Origin: Alphaproteobacteria bacterium | GTDB lineage: Bacteria > Pseudomonadota > Alphaproteobacteria > CAAHEQ01 > UBA3637 | Direction of reading: 5' to 3' | Length of the DNA stretch: 64,000 nt | NCBI GenBank assembly: GCA_045605805.1 | Contig: JAZUQR010000010.1 | Coordinates: 32,001-96,000, forward strand | Shown here: positions 22,555-33,299 of the stretch, in pieces | Layout of the letters: the number at the start of each line of letters is the position of its first letter | Numbering within the stretch: the stretch's first letter is position 1 | Notes under the pieces: model-generated | Seen by the model: the letters and a program-made list of their open reading frames with translations, nothing else | Told to the model about the DNA's origin: nothing | Databases searched by the model: none | Translations under genes and position numbers: made by a program

Positions 22555-23638
22555 AGTATGTGACCTTTGTTAAAGTTGCACCATTTCCCATAAAATCCTT
22601 ATTCAAACGCCATCCGTATGCCAACAATTTTTGTTCTACTTCACCCAAGTTATCTTTATAAACCGCTTCCAACAAAACCTGAGGCAAATAGATGCCTTTT
22701 AACGAAATCTTTTCAAAGAACGACCAATTTTTCATTTGCTTTTCCAACTTTTTCCATTCAGCCAATGATGCAATGGGGACACGCAGATACAATGTTCTGT
22801 CTTTGTTCAAGCTGCTGTTTTCATCTTGCCGCCAACGGTGTTCCATTTCTTTGAACACAGCTTTGGACATTTGATCCGCTGCTGCCACAGGGTGACCAGC
22901 AGAAAACCTAAACTTTTTCAACACTGTTTGATTTTGCATCTTTTCACTTGGATAAAACACAATGTTCATTTGCCACAAATCGCCTTCTTCTTGCATCAAA
23001 GTTAAAAGAGCCAATTTTTCTTTGTTGTATTTTTTTAACCAATCCATCAACAGTTCCGGATTTTTATATTCGTTGATTGCCTTCTCGGCTATGGCTTGTT
23101 CCTCGGCTGTTCCCATTGGCACTATGGCTTGATAAAACGGAGCAAACGCCTTGTCTTTTAAGGCCATATATAATGGATTTTGTTCATTCAGAATTGCACT
23201 TTGCGTTTGCGTCACATAGTGTGGCACAACCAACAAAGACGGTGCTTGGGTTTTCAAATAGGTTGCTTCGGCCTTTTGTAAGAACTCTTGCACAGCAGAT
23301 GGGTTAAACTCCACCCCAATTGTGCCAATGTATTTTGTATTCGTTGTTTTTTCCTTTTCAATAGACACGCCCAACACATACGACAGCACTTCTTGTTCAT
23401 TTGGGACAGGCAGTTTTGACACATTTTCCGGTGACAGACGCATCATCAGCTGTTGAAAAGCCACAACTTGCGCTTCAGACAAGGCCGCTTCTTTGGCTTG
23501 TAAGGCCGATTCTCTTTCAGCGGTCACCTCAACGCCTGTGATTTTATACAAGTTTGCCTGTGCCGGTACAACGCCCAACAGCATCCACAGCATCGCAAAC
23601 ACCCAACCTGTTTTTTTAATCACATTTTTGATTTTCAT
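22547..23638 (-). CDS. DUF2066-like periplasmic protein
   Basis: signal peptide; V-T-AES-ALQAKEAAL pattern; usual synteny with AI-2E and hdaA. Confidence 0.65.
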   Translation of the reverse strand: MKIKNVIKKTGWVFAMLWMLLGVVPAQANLYKITGVEVTAERESALQAKEAALSEAQVVAFQQLMMRLSPENVSKLPVPNEQEVLSYVLGVSIEKEKTTNTKYIGTIGVEFNPSAVQEFLQKAEATYLKTQAPSLLVVPHYVTQTQSAILNEQNPLYMALKDKAFAPFYQAIVPMGTAEEQAIAEKAINEYKNPELLMDWLKKYNKEKLALLTLMQEEGDLWQMNIVFYPSEKMQNQTVLKKFRFSAGHPVAAADQMSKAVFKEMEHRWRQDENSSLNKDRTLYLRVPIASLAEWKKLEKQMKNWSFFEKISLKGIYLPQVLLEAVYKDNLGEVEQKLLAYGWRLNKDFMGNGATLTKVTYYE

Positions 23639-23720
23639 TTGCTTTTCCTACCTTTTTCTTATATTCTAGTAAAATCAATGCAAAATGCAAGAAAAAACAC
23701 AATAAAGGAGAACAAAAAAT

Positions 23721-24074
23721 ATGTCTTATGATTCAAATAATGTTTTTGCCAAGATTTTACGCAAAGAAATCCCCAATCAAACCATTTTTGAAAATGACTT
23801 TGTGTTGGCCTTTTATGATATTGCTCCAAAAGCCAAGATTCATGCGCTTGTCATTCCCAAAGGAGCTTATATTGATTTCAAAGATATGATAACTTGTGCT
23901 TCACAAGAAGAAATCAATGGGTTTTTACAAGGTATTTTGGAAACTGTGCGTGTTTTGGGGATAGAACAGGAAGGCTATCGCCTTGTGATGAATACGGGAA
24001 AAAACTCCGGCCAAGAAGTGCCTCATTTGCACGCACACATTTTGGCCGGTGAAAAACTTTCCACGCAATTATAA
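23721..24074 (+). CDS. hinT: HIT family nucleotide-binding protein
   Basis: NNVFAKILRKEIP, GQEVPHLHAH. Confidence 0.93.
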   Translation: MSYDSNNVFAKILRKEIPNQTIFENDFVLAFYDIAPKAKIHALVIPKGAYIDFKDMITCASQEEINGFLQGILETVRVLGIEQEGYRLVMNTGKNSGQEVPHLHAHILAGEKLSTQL

Positions 24075-24947
24075 TTCAATAATTTCGTAATTTTCAGGGT
24101 TCGCAAACAATGCCCGCAACAATTGGTTGTTGTGGAAGTGTCCTGATTTTACGCCCGTAAAACACCCAATAATCGGCATACCGGCTTCGTATAAATCCCC
24201 CACCGCATCTAACACTTTATGTTGTACAAATTCGTTTTCAAACCGCAAACCATCCGGATTTAACACTTCATCCCCTTGAATGGCAATAGCGTTTTCCAAT
24301 GTTGCCCCTTTGGCAAGCCCCATCGCACGCAGTTGTTCCACCTCGGCAGCAAAACCAAATGTTCTTGATGGCGCAATTAAAGCCTTAAAACCGGCCAAGT
24401 TCAAATCAAAATGCACTTGTTGATGTCCAATCACTTTTGTTTGCGGAAAGTCAATTTCAAAATCAAAGGACAAGCCTGTGTCGGCCGGTGCTAATTTTGC
24501 CGAAGCGCCTTTGCCGTCTTCAAACACAACTGTTTTTAATACTTTTACCGCCTTGACAGGTGCTTCCTGTTCTTCCAAGCCGCCTTGTTCCAACGCTTGC
24601 ACAAACTCACGGGCAGAGCCATCCATCAAAGGCACTTCCGGTGCAGAAATATGGACAATCAGATTGGTAATGCCCAAGGCTGCCAAGGCCCCCATAAAAT
24701 GTTCCACTGTTGACACAATCACGCCCGAAGCGTTGCCGATACAGGTATTCATTCGGGTATCCACCACACAATCCCATTTTGCAAAAATTTTATTGTCTTT
24801 ATCTTTCACATCAGTCCGATAAAAAATAATGCCTGTGTTTTCAGGGGCCGGCTTTAAGGTCATTTGAACAGACTTGCCCGAATGCAAGCCAACGCCTTCA
24901 ATCGTGAGTTCATTTTTAATTGTTTTTTGCTTGATTTGTTCTGTCAT
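24069..24947 (-). CDS. lpxC: UDP-3-O-acyl-N-acetylglucosamine deacetylase
   Basis: GVGLHSG, TVEH, SRTFGF, HKVLDAVGDL. Confidence 0.97.
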   Translation of the reverse strand: MTEQIKQKTIKNELTIEGVGLHSGKSVQMTLKPAPENTGIIFYRTDVKDKDNKIFAKWDCVVDTRMNTCIGNASGVIVSTVEHFMGALAALGITNLIVHISAPEVPLMDGSAREFVQALEQGGLEEQEAPVKAVKVLKTVVFEDGKGASAKLAPADTGLSFDFEIDFPQTKVIGHQQVHFDLNLAGFKALIAPSRTFGFAAEVEQLRAMGLAKGATLENAIAIQGDEVLNPDGLRFENEFVQHKVLDAVGDLYEAGMPIIGCFTGVKSGHFHNNQLLRALFANPENYEIIEL

Positions 24948-25047
24948 TTTTACTCCTTTTTTTCTTTATCCTAGCACAAACCAAAACAAAAATCAACATT
25001 CCAAAGAACAGTTGCGCATTTGCTTTACCTTCAACCATTTTACGCTT

Positions 25048-25995
25048 ATGAAAAATGCAAAAGACTATACTGTTGCTGTGTTAGGCACTCAAAATGCGGT
25101 GGGACAGGCTATTTTAGCCGAGCTGGAGTTGCAAAACTATCCCATAGAACTTGTACATCCTTTGGATTTACACCAAGAGTCGGGTGGGCATATTTTATAT
25201 CAAAACCAACTGCTCACCTCTTTTGCGTTGGATTTATTTGATATGACTCAGCCACATATTTTATTTTTATGTGAACCTCGCATTTTTGAACGCTATCCAC
25301 ATCATTTTTTACATGGCAAAAACTGGATTATTGATTGCACAGGACGCTTACACAAAGCCCCTTGTATTATTCCAAGCCTGAATCCACAAAACATTTTGTG
25401 TGCTGGGCATAAATGTTTATGCGCCCCCAATTCTGCCACCATTGCTTTGGCCAGCGTTTTACATCCTCTTCATGAAAGATATGGGGTTGACAGCGCAGAA
25501 GCAACCGCCATTTTGGGGGCATGGTATCCGCAACCAAATCTTGCGGACAAACTTATTTATCAAACACGGCAGTGCTTTGCGCAAACTTCTTCGGTTTCTT
25601 TTTCGCCCACCTTGGCTTTTAATCTGATTCCCGAGTTTTTTCACAAACTTATTCCTCTTATTCAGCACCAATTACATTGTTTTGTTTCTTGTCCGGTTCA
25701 GATTCACTCTTGTTTTGCACCTGTTTTGCGTGGCGGTGTGTTTTTTGTTCAGATTGTACTTCATAAAACAGCACGTCTTTCGGGGATTCGTGCCATTTTT
25801 CAAAACAATTCTTTGTGCCAGATTTTGGAAACCCCACAAACTATCGGCACACATGATTTGGTGGTTGAGGATAAACTTTATCTTCAAAACCTTACTCTTT
25901 CACACAATAAATTGTCTTTTTGGTTGATGCAAGACCCTGTTCAAAGCGGCTTTATTCAAAATGCTGTGAAAATTATGACTCTTTTACAAAAATGA
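25048..25995 (+). CDS. aspartate-semialdehyde dehydrogenase-like protein, catalytically degenerate
   Basis: Asd fold motifs (VAVLG..AVG, IID, LAFNLIP) but PNS in place of PNC and RGG in place of RGH. Confidence 0.7.
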   Translation: MKNAKDYTVAVLGTQNAVGQAILAELELQNYPIELVHPLDLHQESGGHILYQNQLLTSFALDLFDMTQPHILFLCEPRIFERYPHHFLHGKNWIIDCTGRLHKAPCIIPSLNPQNILCAGHKCLCAPNSATIALASVLHPLHERYGVDSAEATAILGAWYPQPNLADKLIYQTRQCFAQTSSVSFSPTLAFNLIPEFFHKLIPLIQHQLHCFVSCPVQIHSCFAPVLRGGVFFVQIVLHKTARLSGIRAIFQNNSLCQILETPQTIGTHDLVVEDKLYLQNLTLSHNKLSFWLMQDPVQSGFIQNAVKIMTLLQK

Positions 25996-26027
25996 GGACT
26001 TGACTTTTTTTTAATTCTCTGTCATCA

Positions 26028-27485
26028 ATGGATGATATGAAACGATTGTTAAATAAAATTCAAGATTTACCTTCTCAATTAAAGAACGCCAAAACGCTGG
26101 TGCGGCAACATTTAACAACCATTGATAAACAATTTATTTTAATTGTTATTTTGATGCTTTTGTTGTGTACTGCCACACTTCCGCTTGTGCTGACACCCAT
26201 TCAAAAAACACCATCCTCTGATGTTAAACCCTCCGAAGAATCGGATGTGCCACCCCCAGAGGAAATCGCTGTTTTAACCGAGGCAGAGGTTGTTCACGAA
26301 GATTTGGGAGATGAACCCGTTGAAGAACGCACAGGTCCATCTGTCAAAGAATTGGAACAACGAGCTGTGTTGGGTGAAGTGAAAGCGACTACGGTCACCA
26401 TGCAAAAGGGCGATACACTTTTGGGATTGTTGGCCGATCAAAATACAGATTCGGCCGAACGGGTGGAAATTGTTGAAGCATTGGAATTGATTTTGGATTT
26501 GAAGTCATTGCGCCCCGGCCTTTCTTTTATGTTTTTCCATGATTTAGACAACAAACTTTTGGGACTTACCGTTCAACAAAAAGATAATGAGGTATTGGCT
26601 GTTTTGCGTGAAGGTGAAAGTTCGTGGATTACTTTTTCTCAAACCGGGCGGGTGGAAACAAAACAACAATCTGTTCAGGTTGTGATTGAACGCACTTTTG
26701 CCGGTTCGGCACAAAAAGCGGGTGTGCCAGCCAATGTGGTGAATCAGGTTATTGGAGCTTTGGATGGTGAATTTGACTTTGCCACAGAAATTAAACCCGA
26801 TGATGTGGTGGATTTATTGATGGAATATAAGGTGACAGAAGGCGGATTGGAAATCGGTTCCAAACAATTACTCTATATCGGCTTAAAAACCGCCACAAAG
26901 GCTTTTCATAAATATGCTTATAACGGCACTTTTTACAATGCTCGGGGAAAAACAGCCGAAAAATCCATTATGAAACGCCCCTTAAAGGCTCGGCCCCGTC
27001 TTTCTTCTGCTTTTGGAAAACGCAGACATCCTGTTTTACAATATGAAATCTTTCATAAGGGGGTGGATTTAGCAGCCCCTACCAATACTCCGATTGTTGC
27101 CGCAGCAGATGGAAAAATTGAAATTATCGGCCGCAAAGGTTCCTATGGCAAATATATTCGCTTGAAACACAAAAGCGGATATCAAACTGCTTATGCTCAT
27201 ATGAACGGATACAGGCAAGATTTGAAGGTTGGCAGCCAAGTCAAGCGGGGCGAAGTGATTGGCTATGTGGGATCTACTGGTCGTTCAACCGGCCCGCATT
27301 TACATTTTGAAGTGATTAAAAACGGCAAAGTTGTCAATCCTTTTGGGAATAACAGAATTGCCAGTATTCAATTGACAGACTTTGAATTGGAAAAGTTCCA
27401 ATCATGGGCGGAAAGTATTCATCCTGATTTTCACATTCATTTAGCCGGTAAAATCCCACCTGTTCAAAAGAAAAAGCCTTTTTAA
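26028..27485 (+). CDS. M23 family peptidoglycan endopeptidase
   Basis: HKGVD, YAH, GSTGRSTGPHLHFEV. Confidence 0.93.
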   Translation: MDDMKRLLNKIQDLPSQLKNAKTLVRQHLTTIDKQFILIVILMLLLCTATLPLVLTPIQKTPSSDVKPSEESDVPPPEEIAVLTEAEVVHEDLGDEPVEERTGPSVKELEQRAVLGEVKATTVTMQKGDTLLGLLADQNTDSAERVEIVEALELILDLKSLRPGLSFMFFHDLDNKLLGLTVQQKDNEVLAVLREGESSWITFSQTGRVETKQQSVQVVIERTFAGSAQKAGVPANVVNQVIGALDGEFDFATEIKPDDVVDLLMEYKVTEGGLEIGSKQLLYIGLKTATKAFHKYAYNGTFYNARGKTAEKSIMKRPLKARPRLSSAFGKRRHPVLQYEIFHKGVDLAAPTNTPIVAAADGKIEIIGRKGSYGKYIRLKHKSGYQTAYAHMNGYRQDLKVGSQVKRGEVIGYVGSTGRSTGPHLHFEVIKNGKVVNPFGNNRIASIQLTDFELEKFQSWAESIHPDFHIHLAGKIPPVQKKKPF

Positions 27486-28459
27486 TTGTTTTGTTCTTTA
27501 ACCGTTTCAGTTGTTTCCATGTCTGGCGTGTTGTTTTTGGTTTTGACCAACGGTTCCGCCTCCCTGAATCTTAGGCCCCAATCATTTATCACTTTTCGGA
27601 CCATACGGTTCGGCACTTGCGGATTTTGGTAAAACTCCTTTAATCCGTCTGATAAAATCTGTTGTAATTTTACACAATCGGTTGCCCTTGTGATGACCAT
27701 ATACATACTGGCTTCCAATAATGCTTTTTGCGCAGAAACAATATCTTCGTGCAACTTATATCTTCTTAATTCCGCTTCAATAGAATATGGGCTTCCGATT
27801 AAATAGTCATATTCATTGGACATCAATTTTTTGAAGGCATCTTCCGTTGTGGTTAGCTCTATATCCATCTCTTCACTCAGGTGCCTTGAAAAAAGCGGAT
27901 AAATGTTTTCGGTGCGTCTCATCATTCCTCGCTTGAAGATTAAACTTTCCATATTTTTTACAGGAAACGCATTTTCCTGTTTATAATATACTGTAAAGAT
28001 ATTGGCAAACAGTGCCGGAAACAAGGCCACCATTCCTTTACCAATGGTTTGTTGTGGGGTGTAAATCCCCAACAAAACATCCAGATTCCCTTTTTTCAGT
28101 GCAGCAATTGCTTCTTGATCTTTGGTGTATCCTACCACTTCATATTTAAGGTTTAACTTTTTTGCTACTTTTTCAAAAACATCCAAGGTAAAGCCTTTGC
28201 TGAGCAACTTTTGTGCGCCCCCTGCTGTACGGATTGATTCAACCCATCCAAAGGGCCGATTGTTCACCGTTGTGGCCACCCGAATGGGGCGTGAAAAACC
28301 GCATTCAGCAATACGATCAATTTCAACCTTTTCCTCTTTCACAGGCTCTTCAATTAAAACACCGTTTGCCATACGCTTTGGTCGGGCTGCCATCACCACA
28401 GAAGAAGCCATTAAAACCCCAAACATCACCCCATAACAAACACTCTTTTTTATGTTCAT
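27482..28459 (-). CDS. periplasmic substrate-binding protein (family 3-like)
   Basis: signal peptide; PF..., GFTLDV, ALKKGNLDV. Confidence 0.7.
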   Translation of the reverse strand: MNIKKSVCYGVMFGVLMASSVVMAARPKRMANGVLIEEPVKEEKVEIDRIAECGFSRPIRVATTVNNRPFGWVESIRTAGGAQKLLSKGFTLDVFEKVAKKLNLKYEVVGYTKDQEAIAALKKGNLDVLLGIYTPQQTIGKGMVALFPALFANIFTVYYKQENAFPVKNMESLIFKRGMMRRTENIYPLFSRHLSEEMDIELTTTEDAFKKLMSNEYDYLIGSPYSIEAELRRYKLHEDIVSAQKALLEASMYMVITRATDCVKLQQILSDGLKEFYQNPQVPNRMVRKVINDWGLRFREAEPLVKTKNNTPDMETTETVKEQNN

Positions 28460-30501
28460 TTTCCTTCTCCTTTTTTTGTTTTTATCACACGACTTTTTGG
28501 GAAAATCAACACCATTTTTGTCCCTTCTCCCTGTTTGCTGAACAATTCTACCTTCCCTTGATAAGATTCCACCAATTTTTTGATTAAAACCAATCCCAAA
28601 CCGCTTCCTTTATGTTCCTTTGTCATGACATTTTCAACTTGAACAAATGGTTGAAACAAGGTTTTCAGTTTATCCTTTGGAATCCCAATGCCGTTATCTT
28701 TAATCACAATGCGTAAATTATGTTCTGAATTTGTACGGGCAGATATTTCAATTATCCCATTTTCATTTGTGAACTTTACCGAATTAGACAAGATATTCAA
28801 AAAGATTTGGCGCATAGATCTATCTTCGGCTTTAAGCAGTATTTTTTCCGGCACTTTAATGATATATTGTTTTTCATTGCCCTGTGGATAACCTTTAATA
28901 ATTTCAACCGTTTCCTTTATCAACTTATTTAAGGAAAGGTCGGTTTCAATGCGTTTTTGTCGTTGCGATTCCACGGCCGACAAATCCAGCACATCATTTA
29001 TCAAAGACAACAGATATTTTCCACTTGTGTAAATATAGCGGTTATATTCTTTATAGCGTTCATTTTCCATGGGGCCAAATGTTTCTGTTTGAATGGCCTC
29101 CGAAAACCCCAAAATCGCATTCAACGGGGTGCGTAATTCATGGCTGACGCTGGCCAAAAACTCACTTTTTACACGATTTGCCTCTTCGGCTTGATTACGA
29201 GCCACAATTAAATCTTTCACAACGCCATTCATTTCTTTGGCTTGCTTTTTCAAAATGCGCCGACTTTTTTCCAACTCTGTGACTTGCTCTTTTAACTTTT
29301 TGGCATTCTTTGCCAATGTGATTTTATTTTGCCTACGCAATCTGGATGCTCCAATAGATTGAAAGACCTCATTAAACAATTGATTCAACCGTTGCAATAA
29401 TCGGGTGGAAAAAAAGTTCCTCTCGGATCCATAAAGTGTTATCACACCTTCCAATTGATGATTGATGATTATTGGAAAGGCACAGGTTGATTGTGGCACT
29501 TCTTTTGTTGTGTTGCGTAAAAACGAATAATACGGTAATGGGGATAAATCATCATAGCTGGCACATTTTTTTGTTTTAATCGCTTTGGCAACGGCCGATG
29601 TTTTCACTTCATTATCCCTTAAATCAAAGCGAGATGGTATTTTATTAAACTTGCCATCCGAATAAACTATATGCGGTTCAACATAGTGATCTTTCAGGGT
29701 TAAAATACCCGCCAGAGTCAAATTATATGTTTGCCCGATACTTTTTAACATTTTACTTATCTGTTTCTTTTCGTCTTCTGTATCCTTTAAGAAATGGAAC
29801 AACTTTAATGAATGAAAAACCACATCATAATATCGTTCCATTACCATATTTTGGTGTTCTGCCATCGCATCGGCAACGCTCCATAACACACCTTGTTCCG
29901 GATGATGTGTTTTCAAACAAATGCCCGACAAATGAACCGGAGCCAACACCCCTTCACGCCTTATAAATACTTTTTTTGCATAACTTTGTTTGGATTGAAG
30001 GGCTTTGACAATATCCATCATTTTCTTTGGCAGGCCCACCTTTGGAAATGCTCGTTCCAATTCATCCAGATTGGTTATCTGCTCTGGTATCAGCTGTTGC
30101 ATTTCTGTGTTGGCCCACACCACTTTTGAGTTTTTTGTAATTGCCAGAGGGATGTGGATTCTTTTTAACGCCGAATAAAATTGTTTCAAATCATGTTCCA
30201 AAGCTCGTTTCTCGTTTGATAAGTCTCGCCATCGTTTGTCTATAAACAAATCGGCCACAACATTTGGTACTGTATAGACCAAACGGATAATGACAAAAAT
30301 TAAAAAACTTAAAAATCCAATCAAGCTGACAAACAATAGCCAGCGAGCTGTTATCTGGTACCACAAAAACGACATTGTGACAGGACGAGAAAAAAAGGCA
30401 CTTGCCCACAGATACACCAAAATACAAGCCAACACCAATGCGATGCCAACCAATTGACCCAAATAAGCTATTTGCGCAAATCTGTTTTTACGGCTCATCA
30501 T
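28456..30501 (-). CDS. membrane sensor histidine kinase (PleC/DivJ-type H-box), with PAS/GAF-like region
   Basis: KSEFLASVSHELRTPLNAILGFSE, NILSNSVKFT, DNGIGI, GSGLGL. Confidence 0.9.
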   Translation of the reverse strand: MMSRKNRFAQIAYLGQLVGIALVLACILVYLWASAFFSRPVTMSFLWYQITARWLLFVSLIGFLSFLIFVIIRLVYTVPNVVADLFIDKRWRDLSNEKRALEHDLKQFYSALKRIHIPLAITKNSKVVWANTEMQQLIPEQITNLDELERAFPKVGLPKKMMDIVKALQSKQSYAKKVFIRREGVLAPVHLSGICLKTHHPEQGVLWSVADAMAEHQNMVMERYYDVVFHSLKLFHFLKDTEDEKKQISKMLKSIGQTYNLTLAGILTLKDHYVEPHIVYSDGKFNKIPSRFDLRDNEVKTSAVAKAIKTKKCASYDDLSPLPYYSFLRNTTKEVPQSTCAFPIIINHQLEGVITLYGSERNFFSTRLLQRLNQLFNEVFQSIGASRLRRQNKITLAKNAKKLKEQVTELEKSRRILKKQAKEMNGVVKDLIVARNQAEEANRVKSEFLASVSHELRTPLNAILGFSEAIQTETFGPMENERYKEYNRYIYTSGKYLLSLINDVLDLSAVESQRQKRIETDLSLNKLIKETVEIIKGYPQGNEKQYIIKVPEKILLKAEDRSMRQIFLNILSNSVKFTNENGIIEISARTNSEHNLRIVIKDNGIGIPKDKLKTLFQPFVQVENVMTKEHKGSGLGLVLIKKLVESYQGKVELFSKQGEGTKMVLIFPKSRVIKTKKGEGK

Positions 30502-30578
30502 TTTTTATCCTCTTTTGATACTTTACTCTCAAAAATGGAAAAATGCACGCAAAAAATCAACCTAAATCTATTTTATTC

Positions 30579-31130
30579 TTAAAACACATAGCGCCAACCT
30601 ATGTAGGCAAAATGATGTTTTGTTTTGATTGTTCCCAACGGCGTTTTCAAATCTCCAACATCCAAAAAGCGATAGCCGATATCTATATTGACGGCATTAC
30701 TAAGATTCCAAGTGACACCACCCCCTATGTTCCATGCCGTGCCTTTTCTATCCTCACGATAAACATTTTTGACTTTTACCTTTGTTTCGTGACGACCAAT
30801 ACCGGCATTCACATACGGACGAATGGGTGATTTGAACGGAATATCATAATACACCTGTGCCATCATTGTATCGGTGGATTGTTCATATTTTTCATGTTCA
30901 GCTTTTGTTGAAAATGTATATTCAGCCTCTATACGAAAATGGCGAATTCTTAACCCAAGCGCAAACGCAAAAGGAACCACTATATCTTCTGCTGTTGTCT
31001 TTTTTTGCTTCATTTCGGTACGCATTACACCGGTTTTTGTTCCAATATACACCCCGCTTCTGAGTGGACGAGCCATGGCGGTTGTGGCAGACATCATGAC
31101 AATCAACATCAAGCAGATTATTTTTTTCAT
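30579..31130 (-). CDS. outer-membrane beta-barrel protein (OmpA/porin family)
   Basis: signal peptide, RIEAEY, PYVNAGIG, C-terminal RYVF. Confidence 0.85.
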   Translation of the reverse strand: MKKIICLMLIVMMSATTAMARPLRSGVYIGTKTGVMRTEMKQKKTTAEDIVVPFAFALGLRIRHFRIEAEYTFSTKAEHEKYEQSTDTMMAQVYYDIPFKSPIRPYVNAGIGRHETKVKVKNVYREDRKGTAWNIGGGVTWNLSNAVNIDIGYRFLDVGDLKTPLGTIKTKHHFAYIGWRYVF

Positions 31131-31204
31131 GTTTTCTCCTTTTTTGTTTTTAGGATAAACAAACATCTATTCCTTGTCAAACAGTTTTTTTTCAGTCTGG
31201 TTGT

Positions 31205-31459
31205 TTATTCTGTCATTCCCAACAATTTTTTATATTCGTCACGCAAAAATTCGGTTTCCGCACGATCAGCAGGATCCATCTTGCGCAAACGCAAAACCTG
31301 ACGCATCACTTTAACATCAAAGCCTGCCCCTTTTGCTTCGGCATAGATTTCACGAATATCAGCCGCCAATTCACGCTTTTCTTCTTCCAAGCGTTCAATA
31401 CGGTCAATAAATGTATTCAATTTACCTGCATCACTTGTGACGCTTACTTCTTCTGTCAT
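31205..31459 (-). CDS. gapR: nucleoid-associated protein GapR (DUF2312)
   Basis: FIDRIERLEEEK..IREIYAEAKGAGFDVKVMRQVLRLRK. Confidence 0.93.
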   Translation of the reverse strand: MTEEVSVTSDAGKLNTFIDRIERLEEEKRELAADIREIYAEAKGAGFDVKVMRQVLRLRKMDPADRAETEFLRDEYKKLLGMTE

Positions 31460-31482
31460 TTTTCCCCCTTCTTTTTATATGA

Positions 31483-32007
31483 CTATTTCACTGTTTTTAC
31501 AGCCAATGCTACCGCTGTATTCAAGTCAGTTTCGGAACACAGCCCCAATGTCACAGGGTTGCGGGCTTGAATGTTGTGGTAATTTTTATGTGTTTTTTCA
31601 CGCATTGATACAATTGTGGCCTTGGTTGTTTTAACCAATTTCACAATTTGAGCATCAGATAATTCAGGATGATTTTTTACCAGCCACAGCACACCCGCCG
31701 GACGAGCCAATCTTTTAGATTGTGACACATAGCGTGACCCTTTGCTAAGCAGCCGGTCAATTTCAGGATGTGTGGACAATTCCAATTCGGCTTTTTCGTC
31801 TTTTTCACACCGATGAATTTCATCCCATGTCAATTGTTCATTCATAATCGGATCCAGCCCACGAATGTTAGATGCCACATCTCCATCAGCAATGGCTTGA
31901 ACTTCCAAAGTATGCATTCCGCAAAAATCGGCAATTTGCTTAAAAGTTAATCCTGTATTTTCAACCAACCATACGGCTGTTGCTTTTGGCATCAATGGTA
32001 AAGTCAT
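31483..32007 (-). CDS. trcR: cell-cycle transcription regulator TrcR (DUF1013)
   Basis: PLMPKATAVWLVENTGLTFKQIADFCGMH, PVTLGLCS. Confidence 0.92.
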   Translation of the reverse strand: MTLPLMPKATAVWLVENTGLTFKQIADFCGMHTLEVQAIADGDVASNIRGLDPIMNEQLTWDEIHRCEKDEKAELELSTHPEIDRLLSKGSRYVSQSKRLARPAGVLWLVKNHPELSDAQIVKLVKTTKATIVSMREKTHKNYHNIQARNPVTLGLCSETDLNTAVALAVKTVK

Positions 32008-32154
32008 GTTTTTTTGCCTTTCATCTTTTTCATTAAACTGTGATTGAGTATAGCCGCTTATAACAAAAAAGTCAAGGGAAAAGATAAAAAACTCGTGACA
32101 TCTTTTGTTTTATATGTTATGTTTTGTTTGTTCATTCTGAAAAGGAGGAGAAAT

Positions 32155-32691
32155 ATGAAAAAACTGTTATTATTGGCTGTACTGTGTTCGGCTTTTTGTG
32201 TTTCGGCACAGGCGGATTTTTATGTGGGAGCCGGCTATGGTTTGGCTATCAACAAAGGATCGGTGATTGAAAATGCCCATCGGTCCACCTATAAAGATTC
32301 TTCTGTTTATTCTTTAAGTGGTGGCGTGACTTTGCCCCTGCCTTTATTTGATTTAAGAGGTGAAGTGGAATATTTTCGCACACGGCCGGAAACAAAATCT
32401 TTGGGGACGAAACAATTGGATGCTTTGATGCTTAACGCAACAGGCGTGATTCCGCTTATTCCGTTTATTGACCCCTATGTTGGATTTGGCGTGGGTTATG
32501 GCCGTTATGACCACAACAATACCTCTGCTTGGCAGGCTTTGATGGGCGTGGAATATGCTTTTGAAACCAATCCGTTTGTGGTGGGGGCTGAATATCGCTA
32601 TTTAGAATTGACCGAAACAAATGGCAAGCGAGACAATTCATCCAAATATCGCACGCATGGGTTGATGCTGAAAGTTAAATATACTTTTTAG
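32155..32691 (+). CDS. outer-membrane beta-barrel protein
   Basis: AGGAG RBS, signal peptide, PYVGFGVGY, C-terminal KYTF. Confidence 0.85.
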   Translation: MKKLLLLAVLCSAFCVSAQADFYVGAGYGLAINKGSVIENAHRSTYKDSSVYSLSGGVTLPLPLFDLRGEVEYFRTRPETKSLGTKQLDALMLNATGVIPLIPFIDPYVGFGVGYGRYDHNNTSAWQALMGVEYAFETNPFVVGAEYRYLELTETNGKRDNSSKYRTHGLMLKVKYTF

Positions 32692-33053
32692 CTTTTTAAG
32701 TTTTTTTCAATCGTTGTGAAGAAAGTGGCAATGGAAATTGGTTTGGACAGATAGTCATCACACCCAGCTTCTATTGCCTTTTCTGCATCTTGTTTTAAGG
32801 CAAATGCAGATACCGCAATAATTTTGGGCTGTTTGATATTGCTCATTTGGCGCACCTGTTTTGTAATTTCCAATCCGGAAATGTTGGGCAATTGTATGTC
32901 CATCAAAACTAAATCCGGCTGTTTTTCTTGCATTATTTTTAAGGCCTGTGTACCATCCGTTGCCTGAAAAATATCAAACCCTCGTGTGGCCAATAAATCA
33001 CAAAACAACCTGCGATTTAACTCGTTATCCTCTACAATTAAAACTGAACTCAT
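32688..33053 (-). CDS. divK: single-domain response regulator, DivK-like
   Basis: VLIVEDNELN..LF.DLL, MDIQLP.ISGLE, AFA, YLSKPISI. Confidence 0.85.
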   Translation of the reverse strand: MSSVLIVEDNELNRRLFCDLLATRGFDIFQATDGTQALKIMQEKQPDLVLMDIQLPNISGLEITKQVRQMSNIKQPKIIAVSAFALKQDAEKAIEAGCDDYLSKPISIATFFTTIEKNLKS

Positions 33054-33299
33054 TTTTTCTCTCCGTCTTTTCGTCTTTTTTTTTAAGCCTATGCTTTTTT
33101 TATTTATATTGCAATTCTTTTTCTTCAAAAAAACACCTTGCTATTTATTTTTTTTATTTCTATACTGTTTTTGTCTTTGACAAAAGACGCTGGCTGGGTT
33201 TTGCGTTAAAAGTTTGCTTTTATCTTTTGCCTTCAAGCGGTACTGTCGAATTTTTTTGAGCCGATGATAAGGCATATTTAACAAAGGGAGATTGACATT

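Noticed and set aside
24874-25047. Long N-terminal extensions in the ORF track (Asd-like, groES, metG, divK, oadB, HD protein, OMPs)
   Set aside because: They overlap neighbouring genes or promoters; downstream starts fit RBS position and/or family N-termini better.
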